Positions 1-12,759 of a DNA stretch of 56,945 bases are shown piece after piece (the first letter of the stretch is position 1; every line of letters begins with the position of its first letter). The position numbers and the translations under genes were made by a program. The stretch lies in contig JAQGDQ010001185.1 of NCBI GenBank assembly GCA_030141605.1, positions 1 through 56,945 of the forward strand. Reading direction: 5' to 3'. The DNA comes from Tubiluchus corallicola (taxonomy: Eukaryota; Animalia; Priapulida). The notes beneath the pieces are model-generated. The model was given only the letters and a program-made list of their open reading frames with translations. It searched no databases and had not been told where the DNA came from.

Positions 1-1160
1 GGTAACCGGGGCCAATGAATGAGGGACAGTAAAATGCGTTGATTGGTAACAGGTGCCAATTAATTTCGGACAGTAAAATGGGTTAATTGGTAACAGGGGC
101 CAATTAATGTTGGACAATAAAATGGGTTGGTTGGTAACTGGGGCCAATGAATGAGGGACAGCAAAATGCGTTGATTGGTAACAGGTGCCAATTAATGTCG
201 GACAGTAAAATGGGTTGATTGGTAACAGGGGCCAATTAATGTTGGACAATAAAATGGGTTGATTGGTAACAGGGGCCAATTAATGCTGGACAGTAAAATG
301 GGTTGGTTGGTAACTGGGGCCAATTAATGTTGGACAATAAAATAGGTTGATTGGTAACTGGGGTCAATACTGGACCATAAAATGGGTTGATTGGTAACTG
401 GGGCCAATGTCGGACAATAAAATAGGTTGATTTGTAACAGGGGCCAATGAATGAGGGACAGCAAAATGGGTTGGTTGGTAACAGGTGCCAATTAATGTCG
501 GACAGTAAAATGGGTTGATTGGTAACTGGGGCCAATGAATGTCAGACAATAAAATGGGTTGGTTGGTAACTGGGGCCAATGAATCAGGGACAGCAAAATG
601 GGTTGGTTGGTAACCGGGGCCAATGAATGAGGGACAGTAAAATGCGTTGATTGGTAACAGGTGCCAATTAATTTCGGACAGTAAAATGGGTTGATTGGTA
701 ACAGGGGCCAATTAATGTTGGACAATAAAATGGGTTGATTGGTAACAGGGGCCAATTAATGTTGGACAGTAAAATAGGTTGATTGGTAACTGGGGCCAAT
801 TAATGTTGGACAGTAAAATAGGTTGATTGGTAACTGGGGCCAATGAATGTCGGACAATAAAATGGGTTGATTGGTAACAGGGGCCAATTAATGTTGGGCA
901 ATAAAATGGGTTGATTGGTAACAGGGGCCAATTAATGTTGGACTATAAAATGGGTTGATTGGTAACAGGGGCCAATTAATGTCGGACAGTAAAATGGGTT
1001 GATTGGTAACAGGGGCCAATTAATGTTGGACAGTAAAATAGGTTGATTGGTAACTGGGGCCAATGAATGTCGGACAATAAACTAGGTTGATTGGTAACTG
1101 GGGCCAATGAATGTCGGACAATAAAATGGGTTGATTGGTAACTAGGGCCAATGAATGAGG
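1..1160. repeat. 44-bp minisatellite, about 26 copies, running off the window start
   Basis: Unit AAAATGGGTTGATTGGTAACAGGGGCCAATTAATGTTGGACAAT with period 44. Confidence 0.95.
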
Positions 1161-2470
1161 GAAAATGAGTTTTCAGATTTTACTAAAAACAAGAACGTTG
1201 TACTCACACTTTCTTTCCTTTCTTAATAAAAAACGAAAAGCGAATATTTTATTTTGTTGTCTTTGGCAACGCTTCAAGCCATTTCTCCAACGTTAAAACA
1301 TTTTCCATAGTTCTTTTTGGCGTGCATTATTGTACTAAAGTCATGTTAATATAAATATAATTGTTTTGCGTTTTGAGAACGTAAATGAATGTTTAAAGAA
1401 AAATAGGAAAAATAAAATACCAACTTCGAACTGCTTGAAATTTCCATAATTTGATTCGAACTTGGCGAAGTTTTTTCTGGTCAAATCGTCAAAGCTTGAA
1501 TGCCAGAATGTCTGAGTGAGAATGAATCTATCAGTGTGAACAGACTGGTTGTAGGCCTACTAACCGCTGTATTTTGCTGGACATCTCACTCTATAAGACC
1601 CTTCTCTTTTTTTCAGAAAGAAAACTGTCTGAACCAATATGTGCGGTGACGGAGAAAAGCGATGATGATGATGACGACAGCAAAGGTTTCCCTTCCTATA
1701 GGACATTGTTTCAATCGCACGATAAGAACAGTTATTTACTCAAACATAAACCCGTGGTTGGTAGACACAAACAAACAACTTTTCGCAATTGACATTATTG
1801 TGGCTTGAAAATATCGATTGCTGACTACAGATGCTTCCAAAAGATGGCAGCACGCTCTAATGGACGCTCGTTTGTATAGTGTATCCTATAATGTAATGTA
1901 CAGTTATTTGCAAAAGTTTAAGACCAAAGTGATTTTTTCATAAAAATTGACAAAACCATCGTTTAACACGGTTCCATCTAAAAACTATTCATTTATTCTT
2001 CTAGGAAAATATACCACAGCATAGTTTGTATGTTTTTATCTAAAAATAGTCAAGTCTTTGAACATTTTAGTACTTTGTATGGCCGCCGAAGTTGTCAATC
2101 ACTGCCTTCATTCTAAGAGGCATAGTGGAAATTAGGTTTTGGCAGTACTCGGAAGTAATTTCTTTAATCCAAACGTCCTTGATAACTCTTCGCAAGTCTT
2201 CAGCACTTGATGACTGCCTGTCTGACCACTAGCAGTATGATGCAATGAACAAAGAATCTGATGCAATCAGGGTACAGTATGATGAAAATCCCGAAAACTC
2301 GAGCTTGGTCTTAAACTTTTGCAAATGACTGTACTTAGATGTAAAATTATGTATATAATCAATTTAATGCGTGAGAATATAGCTTAATAATTGTAAACTG
2401 AAGTAAATTATCTTTTAACAACATAATAATTATTATCTCTATTGGCCCTGCTAATATTGTGGGGTGTTAA

Positions 2471-3183
2471 ATACTCTGTTATACAATACTGTTGGCAGTC
2501 GATTAGGTCATAGGCCTATCACTCTATTATACAATACTGCTGGCAGTCGATTAGGTCATAGGCCTATCACTCTGTTATACAATACTGTTGGCAGTCGATT
2601 AGGTCATAGGCCTATCACTCTGTTATACAATACTATTGGCAGTCGATTAATTCATAGGCCTATCACTTGGTTATATAATACTGTTGGAAGTCGATTAGGT
2701 CACCTATCACTCTGTTATACAATACTGTTGGCATTCGATTAGGTCATAGGCCTATCACTCTATTATACAATACTGTTGGCAGTCGATTAGGTCATAGGCC
2801 TATCACTCTGTTATACAATACTGTTGGCAGTCGATTAGGTCATAGGCCTATCACTCTGTTATACAATACTATTGGCAGTCGATTAATTCATAGGCCTATC
2901 ACTCTGTTATATAATACTGTTGGAAGTCGATTAGGTCACGTATCACTCTATTATACAATACTGTTGGCAGTCGATTAGGTATAGGCCTATCACTCTATTA
3001 TACAATACTGTTGGCAGTCGATTAGGTATAGGCCTATCACTCTATTATACAATACTGTTGGCAGTCGATTAGGTATAGGCCTATCACTCTATTATACAAT
3101 ACTGTTGGCAGTCGATTAGGTCATAGGCCTATCACTCTATTATGCAATACTGTTGGCAGTCGATTAGGTCGTAGGCCTATCAC
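2471..3183. repeat. 48-bp minisatellite, about 15 copies
   Basis: Unit ACTCTGTTATACAATACTGTTGGCAGTCGATTAGGTCATAGGCCTATC. Confidence 0.95.
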
Positions 3184-3388
3184 TTGATTTTGTTTCTTAT
3201 CAACAGTTTCTATCCAGTCTACTTTAGTATGTCTCCAAATTTCCATTATTTGGCTTGTACTTGCCTAAAGTAGGGCACGCTACAAAAAGTATCGTGTAAT
3301 GGTTTCACAGCGCACAATATACTTTAAATGCAATAATATACACACAGCAGACTTACGGCGCCTTCTTATTACTGGATTTTAATACAAA

Positions 3389-3644
3389 GTAAACTCGTCA
3401 AGTAACTCTCAGGGCAACTCGCACGTATGTTCACACTAGTGAGCAAAACTTGCTGTGAGTTACTCTCTATTCACTGCGAGAAACTCGTCACGTCAAGTAA
3501 CTCACCAAGGCGTTCACACGAAACAGTAAATCTAATCACGATAACTTTCGGAGAGTTTTCAATTTCTTAACGACAGTAACTCGCAAAACAGTTCACACTT
3601 GCGAGTTTGCTGCCAGAAGAAAAACTCACTAGTCTGAACGCGCC
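3389..3644 (-). mobile_element. PIF/Harbinger-like MITE family A, copy without internal array
   Basis: Right end AGTCTGAACGCGCCA|TTA is the reverse complement of the TAA|YGGCGYGTTCAGACT terminus. The body matches 11867-12684 in reverse orientation. Left boundary approximate. Confidence 0.65.
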
Positions 3645-3787
3645 ATTACAGACAACAATTACTTGTAACTTATTTGTTCACGTGCACATTCAGACCACGC
3701 CTACTTATTGATTATTTATAACAAAGCACCTCAAATTTCATTTATTATACTCCGTCCATATTGATCTATTTGAATTACGATTAGTAA

Positions 3788-5341
3788 TAACGATTGTATT
3801 ATTAAAAACCAAATACCTAAAAGGTTGAGGCTTACATTATAACGATTGTATTATTAGAAACCAAATATCTAAATGGTTGAGGCTTACATTATAACGATTG
3901 TATTACTAAAAACCAAATACCTAAATGGATGAGGCTTACATTATAACGATTGTATTATAAAAAACCAAATACCTAAATGGTTGAGGCTTACATTATAACG
4001 ATTGTATTATTAAAAACCAAATACCTAAAAGGTTGAGGCTTACATTATAACGATTGTATTATTAAAAACCAAATACCTAAATGGTTGAGGCTTACATTAT
4101 AACAATTGTATTACTAAAAACCAAATACCTAAAAGGTTGAGGCTTACATTATAACGATTGTATTATTAAAAACCAAATACCTAAAAGGTTGAGGCTTACA
4201 TTATAACGATTGTATTATTAAAAACCAAATACCTAAATGGTTGAGGCTTACATTATAACGATTGTATTATTAAAAACCAAATACCTAAATGGTTGAGGCT
4301 TACATTATAACGATTGTATTATTAAAAACCAAATACCTAAATGGTTGAGGCTTACATTATAACGATTGTATTACTAAAAACCAAATACCTAAATGGTTGA
4401 GGCTTACATTATAACGATTGTATTATTAAAAACCAAATACCTAAATGGTTGAGGCTTACATTATAACGATTGTATTATTGAAAACCAAATACCTAAAAGG
4501 TTGAGGCTTACATTATAACGATTGTATTATTAAAAACCAAATACCTAAATGGTTGAGGCTTACATTATAACGATTGTATTATTAAAAACCAAATACCTAA
4601 ATGGTTGAGGCTTACATTATAACGATTGTGTTATTAAAAACCAAATACCTAAATGGTTGAGGCTTACATTATAACGATTGTATTATTAAAAACCAAATAC
4701 CTAAAAGGTTGAGGCTTACATTTTAACGATTGTATTACTAAAAACCAAATACCTAAATGGTTGAAGCTTACATTATAACGATTGTATTATTAAAAACCAA
4801 ATACCTAAATGGTTGACACTTACATTATAACGATTGTATGATTAAAAACCAAATACCTTAATGGTTGAGGTTTACATTATAACGATTGTATTACTAAAAA
4901 CCAAATACCTAAAAGGTTGAGGCTTACATTATAACGATTGTGTTATTAAAAACCAAATACCTAAATGGTTGAGGCTTACATTATAACGATTGTATTACTA
5001 AAAACCAAATACCTAAATGGTTGAGGCTACATTATAACGATTGTATTATTAAAAACCAAATACCTAAATGGTTGAGGCTTACATTATAACGATTGTATTA
5101 CTAAAAACCAAATACCTAAATGGTTGAGGCTTACATTATAACGATTGTATTACTAAAAACCAAATACCTAAATGGTTGAGGTTTACATTATAACGATTGT
5201 GTTATTAAAAACCAAATACCTCAAATGGTTGAGGCTTACATTATAACGATTGTATTACTAAAAACCAAATACCTAAATGGTTGAGGCTTACATTATAACG
5301 ATTGTATTATTAAAAACCAAATACCTAAATGCTTGAGGCTA
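3788..5341. repeat. 52-bp minisatellite, about 30 highly similar copies
   Basis: Unit TAACGATTGTATTATTAAAAACCAAATACCTAAATGGTTGAGGCTTACATTA. Confidence 0.97.
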
Positions 5342-5761
5342 TAGATAATTCTATCTGTAAAACACAACATATTTTCTACTGGTTATTACACAATTATTGC
5401 ACATTAGCAATTTCAGCTTGAAGTAGACTATAGTAACTTTATTACATTGCAAAATTTGGCTAATTTGTAAAGAAAGTATGATTACTAATGCTATTTAATT
5501 TAAAAATGTCCAAAGTTGATCTCATGTTTATAAGAATATTGCTAGGTCTTATTTTGTAGTATATGTAATTTTAATTTTATTTACACATTTTAACCTGCAT
5601 TAACCATTTATTATTGTACTTTTGTAAATTGTTCATATGTACTATAATGTATTAGCTGGAAATATTACAACAGACATGACACAATTCGGTAACGTTTTTT
5701 TGTGTAATCGCTTTTTCATTAAGAGAGTGATAAAATTTTGATCTCTATAAACCAAAACATC

Positions 5762-6820
5762 TATACGTTTTACATGTCAAATGTAGACCTGCGTTAACTC
5801 AAATGTAGATTTAGGTAATTCAAATGTGACTTGGTAACTCAGCTGTAGACTTGGGTAGTTCAAATGTGTTAACAATGATTTTCAAGAAATCTTAAGCGTT
5901 TTTGGTAAGTCAAATGTAGACACATGTCAAGTCAAATGTGACATGGGTATCTCAAATGTGGATAGGTGATAAAGCTTAAAGATGTTAAATTTAATCTCCT
6001 TTAATCTTAATTTAATAATTGCTGTGAAAATAATAACTTTGTAGGTCTACTAATAGTTCACTAGTATTCTGTAAACTTTACATACCATTGGAACTGTTAG
6101 AGAAAACAATACATTCTTAAAATAAACAATGTTTCTTGAGAAAAACTAATTCATTAATGCAGTGCTAATGCATTACTTAAAAAACTAATTAGTGATTCAC
6201 TGCTCATTGGGAAGGGATAAACGACACATTTTTCAAAGTTATGAAAGAGGTGATGACTACATTTGGTTTCTTTTTTTGTAATTTGCACTTAAATGAGTTA
6301 ATTACCTATTCATTCAAAGTAATGCATCCACATTTGACTTACCTAAGTCACATTTGAGTTACCAAAACACATTCGAAATTCCTATGTCTACATTTGAGTT
6401 ACCTAAGTCACATTTGAGTTACCAAAACACATTCGAAATTCCTATGTCTACATTTGACTTACCTAAGTCACATTTGAGTTACCAAAACACATTCGAAATT
6501 CCTATGTCTACATTTGAGTTACCTAAGTCACATTTGAGTTACCAAAACACATTCGAAATTCCTATGTCTACATTTGACTTACCTAAGTCACATTTGAACT
6601 TTCCTATGTCTACATTTGACTTACCTAAGTCACATTTGACTTACCTAAGTCACATTCGAAATTCCTATGTCTACATTTGACTTACCTAAGTCACATTTGA
6701 AGTTTCTATGTCTACATTTGACTTACCTAAGTCACATTTGAAGTTTCCTGTGTCTACATTTGACTTACCTAAGACACGTTTGAAGTTTGCTTTTTCTACA
6801 TTTGACGTGTAAAACCTATA
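5762..6820. mobile_element. Foldback-like non-autonomous DNA transposon with modular inverted arms
   Basis: Ends TATACGTTTTACATGTCAAATGTAG and CTACATTTGACGTGTAAAACCTATA are inverted copies (23/25). The arms are built of ~20-bp CAAATGTGACTTAGGTAA subrepeats in opposite orientation around an AT-rich spacer. Confidence 0.75.
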
Positions 6821-7026
6821 ATTTCACTTCATGTTGTTGAGCCACGTTGAAAAATGTTTTCAATGACGCAAAGAAATAATTCGAAAATTTATAACCCTGG
6901 CAAGATTCCAACAACACGCGATAGCTTCTGTCTTTCAGGTCTGACCTTAAGATTGTCTCTGAGTCAATTGACTGACAGTTGTGATTGGTACTATAATACG
7001 TTGGCCTCTAATTTGTTATGATTTTT

Positions 7027-7032
7027 TTTATT
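7027..7032 (-). promoter_or_regulatory. Candidate polyadenylation signal (AATAAA) of the GHL10 gene
   Basis: TTTATT on the + strand, about 67 nt downstream of the stop codon. Confidence 0.45.
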
Positions 7033-7098
7033 ACCAATAAGATGTTTAAGATCCGTTAGAGATCTGGTTAAATTTACGTAATGGCAAGCTACCTATTT

Positions 7099-8127
7099 TT
7101 AGTTCTTTGCAGAATTATGGTTCTTTTGTTTTCCCGTCAGCCATGGTAGCTCGGGTATTTGCGCATGCGCAGTGTAAACATTATTCAGAAAGTATTCATT
7201 CACTCCCGCCACATCTTCTAAGAACATTTTCATGCTGAAGAACACGTTTCCTAGCGAACCCCTTATGCGATGCTCCGGCAGCCGAGAGATGGCCACCTGG
7301 CGGCCTATTTCGGAAACATGCCAGGGAGGGTCCAACGATATCCGGGAGAGGTAGTTTCCGGCATAGACGTGTCTGGACTTGGTATTCACGCTTAGCCACC
7401 AGTCGAGCAAGACGGGATAGCTTTGTGCGGGCGGGTCGATCTGCCAATAGAGCTGAGGTATCAAGATGTCTACCCAGCCTTCTTGGAGCCATAGCTTCGA
7501 ATCACAGTATAGTCCACTGTATTGGTCAAACCCTATGATGCTGCACGGTTGACCCTCCGGATGACACGGTCTGTATATTCCAAATGGGCTAATGCTGACC
7601 ACGATGTCTTTGCGCAGCTCATGAGCTCCTTCGTAGAGTCGCTCTATCAACTTGTTGACGTTATCCCTCCTCCAATCATCTCTCTCCATTGTTCCTCCAC
7701 CTGTCAGATAATCAGAATACGTGGCATCATCGGGAAATTCTTCGTCTTCCGGATAGGGATAAAAATAATCGTCCATGTGCACCCCGTCAACGTCATACCT
7801 GTCGATGACGTCCATTATGACGTCATAGGTGCGGTCCTGCACCACTTGTGCACCAGGATCCATCCAGATGTAGTTACCGTATTGGTAAGCGTACTGTGGA
7901 TATTGAATGGCCATGTGATTTGGCGCCAAGCCCTGCGTATTGGGTTTCGTGTTGGCCCTGTACGGGTTGAACCAAGCGTGAACTTCAATGCCGCGTCTGT
8001 GTCCTTCATCGATGACGAATTGTAAAGGGTCGTACGTTGGGACCGGTGGCACCCCTTGTACACCAGTTAGGTATTCACTCCATGGTTCGATGCTTGAAGC
8101 GTACAGAGCGTCACCATGAGGGCGTAC
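7099..8127 (-). CDS. GHL10 glycoside hydrolase, coding exon 3 (catalytic domain to stop)
   Basis: Acceptor tttttttAG|GTACGC. Encodes VRPHGDALY..EPWSEYLTG.QG..YDPL, EVHAWFNPYR, YDVDGVHMDDYFYPY, DWRRDNVN, ISPFGIYR and WLQEGWVDILIPQLYW, all hallmark GHL10 (PF02638) motifs. The spliced CDS is 1242 nt (413 aa). Confidence 0.93.
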   Translation of the reverse strand, partial: VRPHGDALYASSIEPWSEYLTGVQGVPPVPTYDPLQFVIDEGHRRGIEVHAWFNPYRANTKPNTQGLAPNHMAIQYPQYAYQYGNYIWMDPGAQVVQDRTYDVIMDVIDRYDVDGVHMDDYFYPYPEDEEFPDDATYSDYLTGGGTMERDDWRRDNVNKLIERLYEGAHELRKDIVVSISPFGIYRPCHPEGQPCSIIGFDQYSGLYCDSKLWLQEGWVDILIPQLYWQIDPPAQSYPVLLDWWLSVNTKSRHVYAGNYLSRISLDPPWHVSEIGRQVAISRLPEHRIRGSLGNVFFSMKMFLEDVAGVNEYFLNNVYTAHAQIPELPWLTGKQKNHNSAKN

Positions 8128-9001
8128 CTAAAAAAAGTAATTAGCATTAATGGCTAAGAAGAACATCTCTGCCTAGTGATCATCTCAAGGTACAAGCCAA
8201 ATGTTGGACGGTTAGAGTTGCAAAATTACCTTGGCAGGATTAACACACAAATAGACTAGTCACGTGTTTATAACGCCAAGCTGGTATAAAACCCAAAATT
8301 AAAACGGTTATGTGAAAGTCATTTTTGCAGTTGTTGTTCAGTCACTTTGTTCTGATTGAGTTTAGACACAGAGAAGTATGAATAGTAACGAAAAATCTAT
8401 AATAAATATTTGCACTGCACACAACAGAAAATGTTTATTAAACTACAGAAAACATGAGTAGCAAAACTGCTGCACTGAACATTGACCAAAAACTAGAAAG
8501 CAAAAACAGTCAGTAAAACCTGTTTCACAGTCAGTATACAGGTATAGAACTTGACCTATGCAGAGTTGCACAGGCTTCACAACAACCATTAATTTTAGAT
8601 AGGGAGAGGACCAGTGTGTATGTAGTCACTGGACCATATGTAGTCACTGGACAATTTGACTGATGGTAAGTCAGCTGGTAGAAAGTAACAGGATTAGCAC
8701 ATAGATGGCAGCACCTAATTACAATGTACAATTCCAACTTCCACGGGTTAAAATGTTAAGAAAGTATTCTAAAGACCATAAATGTCTTTCACAGTTCAAA
8801 ATGTGAAGTAGGGAGCCTCACGAGAATGAGGCACATTGGGGGAGTTGTGTTTCATATCATTACATGACATCATAGTAGGGTCTTCACCTTTCATCGCCAT
8901 GTTTTCACCTATTGACATGATAACTTGGGAACACTCTAACCACAACATCTGCAAAAGCCATTAGTTAAGGTCCTGATCATGAAGTTTCACGATCAATTGC
9001 T

Positions 9002-9808
9002 CATACAGTTTGGTCATTTATAACTTCCTGTTTAACGTAACTCTGTGTCACATACAGTTTGGTCATTTATAACTTCCTGTTTAACATAACTCTGTGTCAC
9101 ATACAGTTTGGTCATTTATAACTTCCTGTTTAACATAACTCTGTATCACATACAGTTTGGTCATTTATAACTTCCTGTTTAACATAACTCTGTGTCACAT
9201 ACAGTTTGGTCATTTATAACTTCCTGTTTAACATAACTCTGTGTCACATACAGTTTGGTCATTTATAACTTCCTGTTTAACATAACTCTGTATCACATAC
9301 AGTTTGGTCATTTATAACTTCCTGTTTAACATAACTCTGTGTCACATACAGTTTGGTCATTTATAACTTCCTGTTTAACATAACTCTGTGTCACATACAG
9401 TTTGGTCATTTATAACTTCTTGTTTAACATAACTCTGTATCACATACAGTTTGGTAATTTATAACTTCCTGTTTAACATAACTCTGTATCACATACAGTT
9501 TGGTCATTTATAACTTCCTGTTTAACATAACTCTGTGTCACATACAGTTTGGTCATTTATAACTTCCTGTTTAACATAACTCTGTATCACATACAGTTTG
9601 GTCATTTATAACTTCCTGTTTAACATAACTCTGTGTCACATACAGTTTGGTCATTTAGAACTTCCTGTTTAACATAACTCTGTGTCACATACAGTTTGGT
9701 CATTTAGAACTTCCTGTTTAACATAACTCTGTGTCACATACAGTTTGGTCATTTATAATTTCCTGTTTAACATAACTCTGTGTCACATACAGTTTGGTCA
9801 TTTAGAAC
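9002..9808. repeat. 49-bp minisatellite, about 16 copies, in GHL10 intron 2
   Basis: Unit CATACAGTTTGGTCATTTATAACTTCCTGTTTAACATAACTCTGTGTCA. Confidence 0.96.
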
Positions 9809-9829
9809 TATAAAACATAATTATTTACC

Positions 9830-10226
9830 TCACTGTAACCAAGTTATTTCTATACTAATCTAGTTATCTTAATTTTACATACTATTAACAAATAATAGAC
9901 TTTCTATCTTTTATATCATCTCATATATGAGCTTCATTCATGACATCATTCCATTTTAAGCACTAATGTTTTTTTTATCACACGATTCACTTTAAATTTT
10001 CAGATTATCTCAATTACTTTTTTTTCTATCACTGTGCGGTTCAATCTAACAAGCCCTGCTTTTTGATTGCCCTCAACACATTTACCTTCGTGTATACGTG
10101 AACAGTGTTTGAGGCTTTTCCTGTGCAGTATTTCTTATTTGTATTATATCCATTGTAGGCCCTTTCACTAGATATTGTACATAAAACTATTGTAACTGTG
10201 TAATGAGAAATAAATGACTTATGACT
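9830..10226 (+). mobile_element. Probable LINE 3'UTR fragment with stem-loop and short repeat tail
   Basis: CAATCTAACAAGCCCTGCTTTTTGATTG hairpin; ends in AATAAA-TGACTTATGACTA. Left boundary approximate. Confidence 0.45.
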
Positions 10227-10376
10227 AACGTCAATACTTTACTACAAAAAGCCCAGTATCCTTTTCAAGGTCAATATAACCAAGGTCATCGCCCACGACA
10301 CTGGTAACGTAACATTTCTATAATATCGACACTCATTCTGCGTGCTTGCCATATAAGGTAAAAAACACTCACGCAC

Positions 10377-10543
10377 CTGAAAGTAAATATTGTTCAATTT
10401 GAGCTCGACCATAGTGTCCAGTAGCTTTGTCATCTCTTCTTGCTGTTCGTACGTGGATAACCCTTTCCTGCTTGGCCAGTCGATGTTATATACAGTTGCA
10501 ACCCATACTCCCCTGTGCTCGTGTGATGGCTCTTGAGCAAAGA
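10377..10543 (-). CDS. GHL10 glycoside hydrolase, coding exon 2
   Basis: Acceptor aacAG|TCTTT and donor TTTCAG|GTGCGT (phase 0). Encodes EHRGVWVATVYNIDWPS...KLNNIYFQ, matching the GHL10 N-terminal motifs (RGxWxATVxNIDWPS; NxxxFQVR). Confidence 0.9.
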
Positions 10544-10874
10544 CTGTTACATAAAGTATGAAAAGAGCAAATTAACTACAAAGTAAAGTAATTAAAAAAG
10601 TAAAGCTATTAAAAATTTTAAATTTGAAAAGTGAAAGTTTGCAATTTGATAGTAAAAGTCTTGTAATTAGAAGTATTGCATCTAAACCCACACTATATGT
10701 CGTCATTTACCAACGCGTCATATCACTTAAATTTCTAACATTAGCAAGTATTTTAAGTTAAAGGTTTGCATAACAAACTCTAATTCTTAAAGCACAAGAA
10801 AACCCTTCATAAATATAAAGCTTAAAAAATTGGTTTTTAAATTTTATATCACTTACATACTGCCTTTTTGCCTG

Positions 10875-11290
10875 CAGGACTTCAATCGGCAGTAACGCTG
10901 TATAAAACATGTAAATTTAAACTCCCGCGATGACCGTTAGACGCAGCCATTTTGACGATAAGTCATTTGAAACAAGTTTAGATAACATTTTGTAAAGTTT
11001 GAAAAAATAATCAGAGCATTCGTAGCGCACAAGTCACTAACTAAATAAAATTTAAAATTACTGTATCTTGTCAATAAGATTAAAAACACGTTTTTGTTTA
11101 CTGAGTGGCGCACCCTGGAGTCAGCGACATTTTATCAATTGGTGAAAACATTTCAAATAATTAATAATTTTCTTTTCTAGTTACATAAGTCTTTCTAGCA
11201 GGTAAGCGAATTGCTAAGTAATATAGATTTGCACGGAAAGTTTTTTGAGATATAATTTAACATTGCTTTCTCTTCCCTTCATTTACGTTT
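10875..11290 (+). mobile_element. Interspersed hAT-like MITE family B, copy 1
   Basis: Starts CAGGACT..GGCAGTAACG. Shares the core TAGxCGCAGCCATTTT..GAAACAAGTTTAGAT..GTAAAGTTTG with the copies at ~37000, 41705, 49484 (-) and 53545. Confidence 0.65.
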
Positions 11291-11866
11291 GGTACATGAC
11301 GTCATGTAATGGCGACTTCGGAACAGTATTGCAGGAGATTTAAAATGAAAACAAAATAAAATTCCTTTCAGTGCGAGTAAGATATACGCATAAAATTACT
11401 ATAAAGTAATACAATTTTTAAGGCGATTTTTCTGAAACCTACTCCATGTACCTCTTTTCTTGTCCTACTCTCATATCAAATTCTTGGAGAGTCTCAGTTT
11501 TGAAATTTTTTATTGATTTTTTATTGTAGCATCAATAAACGTAGGACACTAATCTGTGAAACAGCGCCATCTACTTGACAATTCTGTTTTCTTGCATAAT
11601 GACTGACCCTTTTGTTACATGATGAGATTTAACAAAATCTCACAGACCAAACCAACAGCCAAAAAATCTTGTAACCTGCAAGAGCTTATGTTTAAACGTT
11701 TTGTTTGTTTATCTTTTTTTTGTTTTTATAGAAACTTTAACTTTACTTTTGTGAGCGTGCGTGTTATATAAAAGTCTGTGACAATTTGCACTGATATCTA
11801 CCCAATAAATATATCAAATATATGTTGCCGAGGAAAGAAAAATTATTCAGCTACGTTGAAAACTAA

Positions 11867-12684
11867 CGGCGTGTTCAGACTGTCGCGAATGTCCTCTCTG
11901 ACAGCAAACTCGCAAGTGTGAACTGCTTTGCAAGTTATTGTAGGTAAGTTGTTGTAAACTTCCCGATTGTTGCTGCTAGTTGCCGGATATTCCGCGAGTT
12001 ACTGTCTCGTGTGACTGCCTCGGCGAGTTACTGTCTCGTGTGAATGCATTTACGAGTTACTGTCTCGTGTGAATGCCTCGACGAGTAACTGTCTCGTGTG
12101 AATGTGTCGGCGAGTTACTGTCTCGTGTGAATGCATTTACGAGGTACTGTCTCGTGTGAATGCCTCGACGAGTTACTGTCTCGTGTGAATGTGTCGGCGA
12201 GTTACTGTCTCGTGTGAATGCCTCGGCGAGTTACTGTATCGTGTGAATGCCTCGGCGAGTTACTGTCTCGTGTGAATGCCTCGGCGAGTTACTGTCTCGT
12301 GTGAATGCCTCGGCGAGTTACTGTCTCGTGTGAATGCCTCGGCGAGTTACAGTCTCGTGTGGATGCCTCGGCGAGTTACTTTCTCGTGTGAATGTGTCGG
12401 CGAGTTACTGTCTCGTGTGAATGCCTCGGCGAGTTACTGTCTCGTGTGAATGCCTCGGCGAGTTACTGTCTTGTATGAATGCCTTGGTGAGTTACTGTCT
12501 CGTGTGAATGCCTTGGTGAGTTACCGTCTCGTGTGAATGCATTGGCGAGTTACTGTCTCGTATGAATGCCTCGGCGAGTTACTTCCGACACTTCTCGCTG
12601 TAAAACTAACAGCAACTTTCACTCTCTAATCTGAACATTCTTGGAAGTTACTTGGCGAGAAAACTTACTAGTTTGGACGTGCAG
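11867..12684 (+). mobile_element. PIF/Harbinger-like MITE family A with an internal 29-bp array
   Basis: TAA|CGGCGTGTTCAGAC ... GTTTGGACGTGCAG|TAA gives an imperfect TIR (9/14) with TAA on both sides as the target duplication. Confidence 0.7.
11994..12582. repeat. 29-bp minisatellite, about 20 copies, inside the MITE
   Basis: Unit GCGAGTTACTGTCTCGTGTGAATGCCTCG. Confidence 0.95.
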
Positions 12685-12759
12685 TAAATCTCGAAAACTG
12701 TCCTCAGAAGATTACGACAGCACACCGCGTAAGTTAAAACAATGCCTGACATGGCACTT

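Noticed and set aside
7196-8063. Overlapping ORFs 7196-7492, 7522-8025 and 7815-8063
   Set aside because: Alternative-frame or antisense shadows of the GHL10 exon.
7099-8127. GHL10 ORF as bacterial contamination or a prokaryotic gene starting at 8052
   Set aside because: The frame continues to a splice acceptor at 8127 and the N-terminal motifs lie in upstream exons with matching phases.
1-12582. Regular 29-52-bp repeat arrays as CRISPR arrays
   Set aside because: Units are head-to-tail with no unique spacers, there are no cas genes, and the context is eukaryotic.
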